A DNA stretch of 64,000 bases from Hyphochytrium catenoides (GCA_900088475.1 FLMG01000823.1:1-64000); one strand, 5' to 3'. Positions 33,530-47,790 are shown, numbered from the stretch's first letter. The notes: generated by a model not told the origin, from the letters alone. Program-made: numbers and translations.

Positions 33530-36500
33530 ATGACCAGCGGTCTCTCCCTGGGCCATGCCCTGCCCAGCGGAACCTTTATTGGGCAGTGTACGAGTGAAAA
33601 TGGCCGAAGTAAGAACGAGAAGCTCTTCTTGGAGTTTCACTCTGGATCTATCAATGGAGAAGGTAACAACCACCAGAAGCAGAAGCGGAAGAACGCTTGA
33701 GAGCTAAGCTTTGGACACCATGAATATCTTCCCTGATAGTGTCTCTCCTGAGTTCCATATGCCGCATTTACCTAACCTATTCGTATAGTGCTCCCTGTCG
33801 ACCTGTCCTACTTTTCCTTCCCGTTCTCTCTGCACCAATGTCAGAAACTACTGGCGTCCTATTGAATGTGCTACCGCCTGTAGAGCATAGTAAGATTGTA
33901 GCCCTCTTCCTTCTCATGTCTCTTCCTTACCTGCCAAGCTCCCTGTCTTACCTGCTTTGGCCCACTACGCAGTTAAATCAGCGACGCGGTGATGCTTCGC
34001 CCATTTCTCCCGCTTTTTGATGTCCAACGATCCTCATCTCCTCTATTCCTAGGCATCAGCGAAGGGTCCACTTTTTCATTGGCTGGGGAGTATTCATCTT
34101 CGGACGGTGTGTTTTGCTTCTCCAAGCTTGAGCTACCGAATGGAGAAGAAGAAGGGCCACAAATGTTCCAAAGAAAAGTCTTCCAGGGAAGAGTGACTGC
34201 AGATGAGGAGGGGACTTTCATTCTAAAGGTGAAAGGAGATTTGGAGTCCTCATGATCAGGCTAAAGTTCTTCTTCTCTCTCAGGTCCTTCCACGCGATGA
34301 GGAGGCACTATTTCTGCACTCGTTCCTGTCATAGTCTTTGCTTACTATCAATGCTCAAGCGAGTTCTTTTGTTCCATCATCTGCGGGCTCTGGCAGTTGG
34401 TATCGGGCAACATACTTACTGACCTGCGTTGGTAGGTTGACACAGAGCTGACAGATTGCTTTCTCGTAGGGTAAGTGGAGATATGTGGACCTACGGAGAG
34501 GTGATGGAGGAGAGGAGGATGAACAAAAGGTGGAAGACCTAGGAGACAAACGGGGCTCTTTCGTCTACCGATTGCTCTCGATCCCCAATATCCTCAGAGA
34601 CGCAGAGGAGCTCCATGCTCAGGTGACCACACGATGTCTTTCCCTTCCTTGGGCAGCACTATGCACTATTGCCGGACTGACTAAAATGAAGGATCTTTCT
34701 AGACCTGTTTGGAAGGTCGAGTGCATCTCTCTACGTGTCTTGTTCAGTTATTCTTACCTCTGCTCGACCTGTTGTTGCTTCAGCTATCGTCAAGGAAAGC
34801 ACCCACGTCGCAAGGGATTGAGGCACATGACACTGGAGATGAGGAGCAGAGGAAAGAGTTCGACGGCCAAGGAGCCGCACAGGAAGGTGGCGTATCTGTG
34901 CAATCGTCACCTCAGCAAGTCCTTACGAACGTGAAAGAAGAGGCTCTGGAGCAGCAGCTTGTGCAAATCGAGGAGGAAGAAGAAAGCGAGGAAATTGACG
35001 AGTTTCTGAACTATGCGCTATTCGACAGTTCTCTCTCCCCAGTTAGGGCAGGAGAGCGCCTCTACCTCTCAGCAGTTGAAGAGTCAGAGGAGCTGGCGCA
35101 GCAGTTGGCTTCTTCGTCTCTCCAAAGGGCATGGAGAGACAGTCGAAGAGACAAGGAAAGGCCGGCGAAAGAAGAATCTGCCGTTAATCCAGTTTCGAAG
35201 TCAGAGGTCGGTAACCCTGACTCTAACCCTACATCTCTGACATCCGCGTTCGTTTACACCAAGCTAGGGTAGTCTGAGCACCTGGGTCACTTGATCTCTT
35301 CTTACCCCAAGGCCCGACCCAGCTTTAGCTTGATAATTCTCTCAGTTGAGGTCAACACTGTTCATCCCATTTGCTTGGGGCTAACCCGTGGTCGATAGCT
35401 ACCTGCAAATGGTGCCTCCATCCCTGCTTTGACTAGCTGGGTACAAGATGAACCCGATGCTCCTGAAGAGGCAGAGGGTTCAGACAACCGTCTCTCCTCG
35501 GCTCAACAGCTCCATCAACGGGAGAAAACAGCTGCGATCACTCTTCAAAGAGTGTGGAGAGGGATTCGAGGGAGGAGGCTGTATCAAGATCTGAAGCTAG
35601 AAAGATATTTCCAGCATGAAAAGGACGATGTTTTGCGAATGGCAGAGACAGAAGCCGCCGCAATCCTGTGAGTGCGCCACGCAATAACAATTTATTTCTT
35701 CTCGCCGCCGGAGATGTATCAATATATGATATCTGTGTTCTCTCCGCAAAAGAAACTTTCAGGGCACCGTCACTTCCTACCCCCGAGCCGCCTTCTCTAG
35801 CTGTCCTTCTGCTATCCACTCCTCTAGCATAAACCTATAATCCGTGTATAAACCCCTCTTCGTTGTCCTGCTATTTTGACTCCCTCTTTCTGCTTTCGCT
35901 AGGGGTATGGCTGGTGCAGGACGTCCTGGAGAGATGGAGAGTGTCAGCAGGCTGGTAGAGAAAATGGTGCACATTGTAGCTGCAGCAAACACCAAGCTCC
36001 AGGAAAGCAGAAAGGTATTCTCCTTCCTTGTCGCGCGTGGTACCCGATAATCGAAGAACGGGGCCTCTTTCAGCGCCGTTACTCTTGCTGCGTCAATCTA
36101 TCAGACGACCATTCCAACCCCTTCGCTCCGTTACTCATCATGCCTCCGCTAGGCCCCAGCTAATGCGACGTCTACTCTGAAGCCTCCGTAGCCTTCTGTT
36201 CCCTTATTGGATTTAAACCGTTCACAAATGCCTGTTGACTAGGAAGGAGAGAAGCTTCGGACAGCATTGATCAAGATGGAAGGGAAAGCTGCCCGTTTGC
36301 AGGAAGAGAAGCATCAGACTAATCTTCAGATGCTCAGCACTGCAGACGACTGTTCGAAAGCCATTAGCAAACTGCAGACAGCGCTTCAAGAAAAGGTTGG
36401 GAAGACCATTTCGTCCTCACTCTTTATATTCTTGTCCGTCTACCTGTTGTTTTTTTCTCGCTACTGGGATAGCGAGGTGGTTACCGAGGAAGAGTGGCTT

Positions 36501-39500
36501 CGGCGCTCATTGTTGAGATCACGAAGCCTGTTTACCGGTGCCACTCGCCTCCTGAGCTTGGCTGCTGTATCAGTAGTGCCTTTCCAGCTTTCGATCTCTG
36601 CGGTGGCACTGTCCCTTAACCTTACCGCCTTTTGCTGTGTTGTTTGTCCTTGCACGTTTAGGAGCAAGCGATCATACTCCTGCGTGCCCAGCTCTCTCAG
36701 ATGGAAGATGTCGTGGAAGAGAGTTCTCTCTCCCAGTCATCTGTTGCCGCAGACTCGTCACGCTATAGGATATTGGCAGCTTCGCGAGCTGCTGAGGCTG
36801 AAAGCTTAAAGAGAGAGCTGCGAAGGGAAAGAGAAGGGAAGGAGGAACTAAAAGCTAAACTTGACCACGCTATCCAAACGGTGACTAAGTCCCTCTGGCT
36901 TTGACTTCAACTAGTTCTATTGATCTTGGTCGAGGTACTCCTCTTCGCATCCCGACTTGACTTAACTAGGAACCTGGGCAAACCCTCTCGTTTTTGATAT
37001 TGCCCTCGCCTTTGAATGAGCTCTTCAGCGTCTGTTTGACCTTTGGCTAATTTTTCTTTGGGGGCTGCTTGTGCTAGATTCAAGAGCTGATGGCGGAGAA
37101 TCGCAGGTTGCAGACGCTGACGGGAGAAAGTGTCCCTATAGAACCAGCAGAACTCCAAAGACAAACCCAACTCTCGCTTGAATACGACTTGTAAGGCGAT
37201 CCTAAGGGCATCTTCAACCCCTTGTCATAATCTCACTTCCGTTGAGGTGTTACGTCTAGCCCTGAACTTTATACCTCCACATTTTACTTTCCGTTGACTA
37301 GGCATTGCTTTGAGATTTTGGAGACACCTGCCGTCTTGGATGATGTTAGACCTGATGTTTCTAACTCTTTTCTGACGTACACAGAGTTGCCAAGATGAAT
37401 GTGAGTGCGCAGAGTCGAGTGGCCGCTGCTGAGGCAGAGATCCGCCATTTGTCCTTGCAGCTCTCGAAGGCAGAGACCTCCAACTCGGCGCTCAGGGCTG
37501 AAGTCAAAACACTGACTCGAGAGGTAACTCTCTTCCTTCAGCCAGCCTAGTCACTCAGTATTACTGGTATTCTGTGCTTAGGTTTAACCTCACAGTGCCA
37601 ACTTCATGGTCCAGGCAAAGCAACAGGCGGAAGTACTCTCAGACCTCAGTGCCAAGCACACTGCACTCAATGCGGAGCGGCGTAGACTACTGCTAGAGGT
37701 AAGAAATGAAAGCATGAATGGGATGATCTTTAGTGAAGAGAGATTCCCACAGACGAATGAAGGCACTGCAAAGCTGACGCTTAAGCCTCCTCCTTCTTCC
37801 GTCATGTCATATGTGTTACTGGGTAGCTAAACTCTCTCCAAGACTTCATCTCGGATTTAAAAGACAAAACGCACACTACGGAATACAGCGTGAAGGAGAA
37901 GATAAAGGAGAGTCAACGCTTGGGAGAGGAGAAGAGAGAGCTCAAGGATAGGATCCTGGCATTGGAGGAAGAAAGAGAGAACCTGAAGGCCTTTCAGGCT
38001 TCTGCTACCGCACACCTCCACGCTCAAGCTTTAACCTTAAAGAAGGTTCGGCATCGCCCGCCTTATGTTACACTTGTCCGAGGCTTAAGCTTTCTGGATC
38101 CCCACCTGATACATAGATGTTACCGATTTCTTCACTTGGAAACCTTCTCATTGTCTTTTTGTTCTTCACCTTTCTTTTACATCTTCTTGTAGCCTTCGCT
38201 TCTACGGACTCTTCACTCGTGTGGCCCTCTTCCGCGTAAAATCTGCAGCTATAATGATCTCTTCTCTGTATGGCGCCTAGAACTACTACTTCCTCACTCT
38301 TAAACTTTGCATTATCTGTCAGATGATTTCCGCCCGTCAAAATCTAGCCGCCACCTACCAGGAACTGCATAAGTGCAATACACTGCGTGCCTTTCTCCGC
38401 ACCGTACGAGAGGAGGTGATAACAATGCAGCAGGAGTTTCTGGCCTACGTAGAACAGCTCCGCGGACCGCTCCTGGAGTGGGTGAAGGGCGCCGAAGTAT
38501 ACGCGATGAAGACTCACAGTCAGGATCGAGCGCTCATCTATCTCTACTGGCGAGAGCTCTCTCAGCGGAGGATGCTGCATAATCAGGTAGCGATGGGTTG
38601 GCAGCGATCAGCATGTTTTAGGAAGACAAAGGGAAAGAAAACTTGTTACTCAGAGGCTGACATATTAGCAAGCCCATCCTTCCTAAGATGCTTCTTCTGT
38701 CAGCCCTCACTCATATATGACATTGGCGGAGAGGTCTTTTCGTCTTGTTGTCATTGTCGCTAAGCTCTGAAAGCTAAGCTTTGTGACTCATTACCTTGAT
38801 ATTTGAGCTGTCTAAGCTCCGCCCTGAGCTTTTAACATCCCATTCCTCTTACCAGCTTTGGCTGTCACGCCGAAACATGACTGTTTGCTGTCGGGTTCTC
38901 TCGTCGAGTGCTTTTGCGCATCTGAAAGTCGAGACACCATCCGAGGAAGATAAAAGGACTGAGATCGTAGTGGCTGATGCCCGAACCCAGTGCTTATCCG
39001 TTATCAACCAAAAGGGAGAGAGACAGACATTCAACTTCGATCATGTCTTCCCGACGTCGTCTGGTACGCACGCATTCCTTCCTCAGTAGTTAGCGCCATT
39101 GGATTGTATGCCTCTGTAGGTCGTCCTCTTCCTCTGGCTCACTTTTTCGTCGAATTCACTCCTGCCATACCTCTTCGGCAATAGGCCTCTTTCCACAATC
39201 ATTTTGTCTCAAAGCTATGGCCTACCTACCTTCTCTGCCCCACCATCGCCACAATATTTTAGCCACCTCTTGTCGTTGAAGAACCAAAGGAACAAATGTC
39301 CTCCCACATTGTTCTTGGACCATACTCACTCAGAACCTATTCCCTCGATTAGGTAACGCCTTCGTCTCTGATGCCGTTCTGCCTATCCTCCAGAGCGTGC
39401 TAGATGGCATAAGCTCCGCCATCTTCCTCTACGATATTGCTGGGGCTAATGAGGGAGAAGAAAATTGTTCGACAACCATCATAAGTCTGTACACGAGTAG

Positions 39501-42500
39501 CTCCCTCTTTGACTCTCCTGGCAATGTTTAATTCATTAAACCTCCGTTCCTTGGCGTCAACCTGCCCCACAGGGACTGGTGCCATGGAGATTACTTCAAG
39601 AGAGCCGTGCTTTTGACCTCGGCAGCCTCTACTTAGTCCTATGCCTTCGAACTGTAGAGCTCGATTTCCCCTACTTTCTTTTTGAATTCTTAACATATAG
39701 CACCTTGCTCCCATTCCGCTCATCGATGCTGATATCCTTTAACACCTGCTTTGTTCTCAGGAGAACTCTTCGGGGCATGTGCACTCTGCTCAGGCATCTC
39801 CTCCACAACCTTGCTGGACTTTGCCTTCACAATCAGCTATGTTGAGGTGGAGGGCGAAGTGACCAATGATCTTCTCTCTTCTTCGCCACTAGGGGCGCGC
39901 CCCCCTGCCCTCACGGTGGTAGAGGTGAAAAACGTCGAGGAAGCGCTTCTGGTGGCTGCAGAAGGTTTGTTAAGCTATATCCGAAAGTTTGTATGGTCTT
40001 GCTTATAGGATGTTGGGTGGTTAAGCTTTCTGGCTCTTTGTTGGCTAGCTCTCTAGAGGATGCGTGATCAAACGAGTTATCCCTGCACTTATCTTCCTCT
40101 ATGGCGACAACTATTGACTCTATCGCATTCAGGACGAAAAAGGCGCCTATCCCGGTCGGCCATGAGTGCTGTTGTCACTCTCTCCGTGTCTGTCACCAAC
40201 TTCATCACCAAAGAGAGTTACGAGGCGCGGCTCCACATTTGTGAGCTACCGACATCCCAAACAGAGGACGAGAAGACGGACATTATAAGGTATAAAAAGA
40301 TCACCTTCCACCTATGAAGGCTCGGGAGGGTCTGAAAACGTTGAGCGCGTTTAGTTTTGGCGCCCTATGAACTTCTATGGCGAGTGTTGGTATAGAAGTG
40401 CGTATATTAACAGTCTACGCAGGATTAGGGGACTACAAGGCACCAGTGACTCCATGGCAGGAGAGAGAAGCCCTAGTCTCGAAGCCCTTATCAATGTAAT
40501 CGAAGCGATTCAAACTGAGGCCATGCACCTTCCTTACACATCATCAAGGCTCACAACTCTTCTACGAGATGCCCTCAACCGTCAGGTACTCGTTCCTTCC
40601 CAGACATTCTCTTCGTTTCCTCGTCCATTGTTCTCTATTGGATAAAGAGTCGATCAGCGCCACTTGTGTTGCCCTTACGTTTAGGGTATAAGCTTAGACT
40701 TTCCTGCTCCATAAACTTCTGCGCATATATTACAGTCGAAAGTGCTGTTGCTAGTGTCCCTGCCTCCTCGTCTCGTTCCATCGGGCTCGGAAGAAAGGTG
40801 GCTAAAGGAAGCAATGGACCTTCGTCGAGCGATGAAGAGTCAGAGCAAGAAGGGCAAGACTAGTGAAATGGTAGTGGGACCTTCGGCTTTATCAAAACTA
40901 TCTTCCAGTTGACTAGTGTCTTTTACATCGTTGTAACTATCTCTCGTAGGGAGTCTTTTCGATTGCTGCTTCGTCATGTTGCCCTGTCCCTCTGCTGTTT
41001 CGCCTTCATTCTCTATCCCTGCCATCTCTGGCCAAGTGTGGCTCCTTAGGCTAAGAGAAACGGGGCGCTAATCGAGAAAAAGATGGAATCTGATGTCTCG
41101 TTTTCCGTATCGCCTTGACTACTACCGTGCAGGAGGTAGATGTGCCTGCTAATCCTGGCAACTTACCCATTGAGGTTTTTCAACCGGTTCCTTGGCCATG
41201 GAGCTCTCAAGCGGATGACCACAATTTACAGGTAAACCCTTCATGTGTGTAGACCACTGGCCTGCTCCATGCTCAACCCGGTTGCGCTTTGGTGTTACGC
41301 CGAACTGCGTCTCGCCAGCAGTTTCCCCAGCTAGCAGCTCATTGGCGGCTGGCCGCCGTGGACATGGAACAAAGAGACAACTACCAACGCAACTTTATGC
41401 CGGACATGATGCCACAAAAGTCTCCAAGAAAGCCTTCTGAAGGCGGTTCAAGGTAGCTCTCATGAGATGACAATGTGGCTCCCCTTCGTTTCTTGTACCG
41501 GGTCCTCACTGGCTTCCAGTCCACAAAACGCGCTCATATCTGTGCCTGCGATCACTCTATCAGGACCATGAGCCATGAGAGATCTCACTCTGTCAGGACC
41601 ATGAGTCACGAGAGACAAAGCACTCCAGGGAACGGAAGGAGAAATACCCTTCCATCACCGTCTCGTGGAGGTCCACGCCAGTCATCTGTGACACCCTCTC
41701 TTCGCCATGTTCCACATCGACAACGCCCCTTAGTATTTGAGACTTCAAAGCCTGCTTTGGCGCGAGTGTATAAGCATCTGCAAAAGGAGCACCTCAGAGT
41801 CCGCGACCTCTTTTCATCACGGCAGATCAGAGGGACGGGAATCGTTACTGCTGGCGATGTAGAAGCGGCTCTGGCTAGACTAAACATTAGACTGTCAGCG
41901 GACGAGGTATGTTCTGAGACAGAGATATGCAAGGGGAGAGAGATAGCGGCTTATGTTGCCACTTTGGTCTCCTTATTGTGCCAGTACCTTGTCTCTTGCG
42001 ATGCTCTATTCACCCGGACAGATGTTTCCTACAAACACTAGACAGTCAGCCTCCACGCAACCCACTCGTAACTTTCCACTTATCTTTCAACCTCTTATTC
42101 TCACTTCGTGCACCAGATCATCTCAATAGTGCAGGAAGGCGACAAGGACGGCGATGGGAGAATTCGCCTCACTGACCTGGAAAGTGTGATTAACTCCTCA
42201 AAGAATGCACTGGCTGAAGCAGAAACCATACTCTCCAGGCCTGTAAGCGTCACCAAGAGACGCAAGAGCACAGTCAAGCCTCTCTTAGAGAAGGATGGTA
42301 AGAACCCTGCTACTATACTCTCGCTATCACATGCTCTCTCACCCCTCTCTAAGTGCGGCTCCCCGTGTCTCACTCATTGTTCTCCTCCTTGTTCGTAAGT
42401 CGCATTTGTTACTCTGTCTTTCGATTGTTGCATGAATTCTCATCATTATATTGTCTGCCTGCCTATGAAGATCCTACTCTCCAAAAAATGCGAGAGGTGA

Positions 42501-43261
42501 TGCAACGTTGGGGCTATCAGACTTGAGCCCAAGACAAAAACGGACATATTCTCTTCAGCTCCTTGCTCTTATCAGTTATGGGAGGCTTGGTGATGGGGAA
42601 GTTGGGCACCGTCTTAAGGTCTATATATCGGAGTAGACGAAGAGCTTCGGCCGCAGTACGGCCGGCGAACTGGCATGATCAAAGACGCTCTTGAAGGTGA
42701 ATGGTCCTTTCCGCATAGAAAGCGCCCAACCTTAGTAAGGTATGCGTACCTGAAGAGGAGGATAGAGAGCCCAGAGCTGCATCTGGGCACAGAGTCAAGA
42801 AAGGGGAGCGCCCAAATCGTAAGCAGGAGCTGCTCTCCGGGACGATAGACGATAGACAATCCTCGGATGAAGTGCACATCGTGCTTGATCTTCACACCGC
42901 AAGCGATGGCTGTTCACTTTTGCGACAATATCGGAGTACATTTACTTCTGTTCTCCCTGATTAATTCCGATAAAGAGTAATCCTCATGGAGTAAATTGTC
43001 TTGTTGTATGGGCCTGCTGAGTGATAATACGATAAAATAAGGTCCACTGGAGTTTGTCTGTTTCTTTGGTTGAAGTTTCAGACGCAGATTTTCAAAGAGA
43101 GAATCTGCACCAATCTTCAAAAGGCGGCCCAGGCACAGAGCTCGGAAGCGGAAGACGGCACAGCACAGAGCTCGGAAGCGGAAGACCTGAGCCCTGAAGC
43201 GGAAGAGGGGGCTAGCGCTGCTGTGGGACTAGCTCATAAAGCTATAGAACGATTCTTTTGA
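33530..43261 (+). CDS. Large multi-exon kinesin-14-like protein with degenerate motor motifs; N-terminal beta-rich domain, IQ motif, coiled coil, C-terminal EF-hands (boundaries approximate)
   Basis: IQ motif AAITLQRVWRGIRGRR (~35530); coiled-coil exons at 36240-38590; neck ELSQRRMLHNQ..RNMTVCCRV; TFNFDHVF; LQSVLDG; ISYVEV; SLEALINVIEAI..HLPYTSSRLTTLLRDAL; EF-hand loop DKDGDGRIRLTD (~42140). Confidence 0.7.
43133..43186 (+). repeat. 30-bp-period tandem duplication (AQSSEAED x2) in the probable last exon
   Basis: gcacagagctcggaagcggaagac occurs at 43133 and 43163. Confidence 0.8.
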
Positions 43262-43373
43262 CTCTCTCATCTCTTGAAATAGTAAGGATTCGCCCGGCAA
43301 GAAGCTACAGCTAGGATGCCCGTCAAGGACTGGGTTTGAGCACTTGCATATTGGAGGCACGTAGTCGGGCGGG

Positions 43374-46300
43374 ATGCTTTTCTCACCGACTTCGGGTCCC
43401 GAGGTCTTCGTTGGACTGGAGGCAGGAGTAGGAGAATGGCAAAACATCCCCGATATTATCCGTCTCGCATTCGAAAGTTTTCTTCCTGTTCTTAGACTCT
43501 ACGAGCAAGGGAAACTAGAGCTCCAACCTGCTCAACGACTTCTACCTCCAGATCCCAAACTAGCTGCAGTAAGACTCGACGTGATAACACTTGATCAAGC
43601 CCCGTTGTCGTGTGATTGCTTAATATCTGTCGGTCCTGTGCCTCTTCTCAATGCCTCTACATGCAGCATGAGGAGCTTTTTACCCAGCTCAAGAGTCGAT
43701 ACAAGAACCTCTCTTCCGAAGTGATGTCCCTCAAGGCAATCACCGCGACCAAGGCAGATCTCTCTTATGTCAACCAGTGCCTCGAGACCAAGGCAAATCG
43801 GTCAGAGGCTCTCGACCATAGTCAGCAGGTTATAACTTTGACCAGTCAGGTGAAGGACCTCGAATCAGAGGTGACGCAGATGAAAGGCTCAATAGCAGGA
43901 CTGAGTAAAGAGCTCGAGAACCTCGAACAACGGGTATGGATATCGTCCCCACACCAAAATATCGCTCTTACACCTGTCTTGACCTATCTAGGAACCTATC
44001 CCCTTCCTGCCCACCGCAAAAGGTTCTCACGGTGGTGCGCAAAAGCTGGCCGAGCTACAGCGTGAGATACAAAGAAAGGCGACAAAGGAGATTGTGGCTG
44101 AAGCTCTGCATCGGAAAGCTAGTAAAACAGCCGTCGAAGAGATCAGAAGAGTCCTAGAGGAGCATGAGCTGAAGCTCTCTCTCTTGCAGCCCAATGCTTC
44201 TTCGGGTCTGTCATTTACCCCTATTCTCGCTCTTTAGACTTGCTACTGACGATGGAAGAGCTTCTCTCCACTACCTCTTTACGTTCCAAGCCCCTTTCTA
44301 GGCGCCTCTTCTATTAATTGGCCAGCCTCTCTATGTGCAGCTGTTTTTGATCTTTTAGCACTTCTGTGCTGTCCGGTATGCTCCTCATTCCCATCTCAAT
44401 GTACACTGGAACTTCAAGGTCTCTGTCTCTTAGCATCTGAGGCTTCCGTTTACAGAGTACGACGCCGTCAGCAAACGATCAGACTTGGGCTCTCCTGCAG
44501 CTGATAACATGCTAAAAGATCGCCTCAGGAAGGCCAGAGATGAAGGTCCAGGCGAGCCCCCTCCTCTTCCATCCTCCCCTGCCAGAACGATTGTGTACAC
44601 TTCCTCATTCGTCCGCTCTATCCCTCAAGCTTTGTTCGCAATGTTCACTGATACTCCTTGCCCATTGCAGCAAACTCGAAGACGATGACTGAAGCTTTGA
44701 AGAGGTTGACAGACCGAGTGAACGAGAACTCCAAGAGCTTGCAGCAGTGCCTCACCGTAGACGAAGCAGCGGCTCTACTTGCCAACAAAGCTGATTGCGA
44801 GAGGGTAGAAGAACTTGGGCTGGTAAGAAGACAGGTTTGGTTATGACGGCTTAAGGGAGACAAACAACGTCAGGGGAAAGAGTATTGGATCAGCCACGAA
44901 CGATTGAAGGGGAAAGGAGAGTGAAAGACCAGGGGAGCCGATATAAGGAGGTTGCCTTCCTTGAGACAAATCTGGTGTTAGGGAGCGGTGCCAAGGCAGT
45001 AGTCGTGCTTCCTAATCTGACTTATGCGCTACAAAGGCAGTTGAAAAGCTTCGTGGGAGCTTCCATAGGGCGAGTACACTATGTGGGGTCGTGCATTCAC
45101 AGGCGCAAGAGCTAGAAAGCCGGATCTCGTACCTCCAAACCAAAGTAGACCAGCAGCAACCCCCTCCTTCTGCAAGGTGAGCTCGTAGACTAAGCAAACT
45201 CACTCGATGATGATGTCGCAATCAGACGGGAGATCTAGTGGAGTTAGAGGTGTGACATACGCCCTGGTGAAGGCTCAAAAGAGAAAACCTTCTAAAGGGA
45301 AGGGTGGACTACCTTCCTAGAAGGGAAATGTCTAGACAGACAGGAGGGGAGGGCAGAACCGCTGGTCAACCAGCCAGCGGACTGACGAAAGCTGTTTCCC
45401 GCCCTCCTGTGTCAGGGACCTTGAGCAGCTTTGTCAGTCCACCGTCTTACGGGTAACAGAGCCGTTGACCAACGAGAGCAGAGAGCGAGCTGAGGATGTT
45501 CAAAAGCTCTTGAAAGCTGTCGAGGATAAGGTATGAGGAATGGTTCTGCATAGATATGGAAAGGCTGGACGGCGAGCGCCCAAGGCATTATATGGTTGGG
45601 GACATAAGCGCCAATGCGAGGTTGAAAGGAGCAAAGACCTGTTTGCTTAACCCTTTGGACTTCGTACTTGGTTCTCTTACCTAGACGTCTACTGCCGTGA
45701 AGAAGATGAGTGCACAGCTGAAAAAGACAGCGACGAAAGAGTCTCTCTTCGCAGCTATTGAAGGTACAGAACAAAGAGAACAACTCTGCGACTCTCCGCT
45801 TTTTCTTGGGTTGACGTTCTCCTTCTTCCTAATTCCTAGCCCATCGAAAGCATGAGGCGGCCCGTGACCAGCAGATTGAGGAGCACATTATAACCCTTAA
45901 GAAGGTAAGCTAAGGCTTGGCTGCTGAGTTAGTACGCAACATCTAAGCGGCTTTACCTTTAGGAGATCGATGTCCTACGGACAATGGAGCAAGGAAGGAA
46001 GAGTATGGGAGACGAAGAAGAGCATATTCGGAGAGTTGAAGACAGAGTCCAAGAGCTAGGTTTGAATCTGGTACGACGCTTCCTCTCCTCTTTTCTCTCG
46101 AAATCTCGTCATCCTAGGCTTCTGTTACCTTCTGTTCCCCTGACAATATAGAAGATGTCTATCAAGGTATCCTCATGCTTATAATCCTTAGAGAAGGGAA
46201 GTGACTGAGCATGTCTCAAGACAGTGCCAGGATCTGATTGAGGGCAAACAAGCCGCTCACGAGGAAAGAATGACTGTGCTCCTAGAGAAAGAAGAGGCGC

Positions 46301-47790
46301 TGCTCAGAGAACTAGTAGCAGATGCAGAGAAGAAAGTATGATTTTACTAGCAACTCTCCAGCTCTTTTGTCTCGGCTGTGCCTCTTCTTTACTTGGGGTT
46401 TGTATCTTTCGCCACTGAGCATTATCCTTAAACAGCGTTCTGATGGTTCTTGGACTCCTTTGGTCCTTTCTCAAGCTAAGTCACTGCCTTAGTTGCAGAA
46501 GGGGTTAGCAGAAGTCTTAGCTACGGCGGAAGAGATCCAGGAACTGTTAAAAACATCAAAGGGAACACGAAAAGGAGAATCTAACGCCATTCAGCAACAA
46601 GTTGCAGACCTGTCAGCAGGGCAAGGTTACGTCATGTCCTCAACTTTCCTGCCTCTAGTTCTTATGTTTGCCTGTGTATGCCGTCCCTCCTGCCCCTTCG
46701 CGTACGTCGGTTTTAGGATAGTGCTCTTGGCATAGTGCTAGCGCCGTGCTGACTCCGCGGCCACTGTTTCCTATTCCGCAGATAAGGTTCGGTCCCGACT
46801 ATCATCTACCACTCAACTCTTGACCTCTCTGTCACGTCGGATGGAAGAAAGGATGGCGAAGTTTGAGGGTTACACTTCCAGTCTAGAGATTCGGATGAGG
46901 TACTCTCGCTTAACGCCATTCCGTAGGGGCCGATCAATCAAGAAGATTGCTAGGACGATATAGAAAGTGACGGAGGAGAAGAGAATGAGAGCGAGGGAGA
47001 GCGCGAGAGAGGAAAGAGAGAGAAAGAGAGAGAGGGAAAGCGGGGACTTCCTTCTTGAGCTCAATCGCTTCAGTTCGTCAAGGCTTCCAACGCGGATTTG
47101 TGAGTTCTCTTCGTGTTCCCTTTGCCGACTGATCTAAGGAAACTTTATACAGGGTGATGGACGAGGACATCCGGAAAGCGATGGATACCGTGGACTCTGT
47201 AAGGCATCAAGTCAGGCTTGACATGAGTCAGCGAGATGAAAGAGCACTGAGAGAGGAGGAAGGAAGTATCAGCAGGTCCTATCTCTCATCAGGTATGATA
47301 ATCACTAGACTACCTCATCTCTTCTCGCTACATCTTCTCAGCATGGCCGCAACTTGACCAGCGCTCGTAGGTGACAGGGTTCAATTGTCCAAAAGAAGAT
47401 AACTTCAGGATAGAACATTTTAAGAGTGAAGGTAAAAAGGACCAACAAGGTCTATATTTACAGCCCACGACAGGAAAATTGCCCAGTCCTGCAGAGCTCA
47501 AGTACTGAGATGAAGCCGCAGGAAGACGTATCAAAATAGAGCTACGAGAGTAGAAGAAACGGATGCGACTCCTCCATCATTGCTTCCTGCCTTCAAGTCT
47601 AAGGAGCCAGACTGGTGATTACTTCAAGGTCTTGACGGGGCCGGGTTTGAAGGGCCCTTTTTACATCTGCCTCGACTCTCTGGAGGTCAAAGGAGGAGAG
47701 GAGATTAGTCAGCACAGACCAGGGCTTCGCCAAGAGATCTCGCACACTTATACATTTGAAGGCAAAAGAGAGGCGGAACAACCAAATTGA
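43374..47790 (+). CDS. Multi-exon coiled-coil protein of unknown function (boundaries approximate)
   Basis: Series of GT-AG-bounded exons with heptad-rich translations (WQNIPDIIRLAF, TKADLSYV, KANRSEA, LANKADCERV). Confidence 0.6.
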
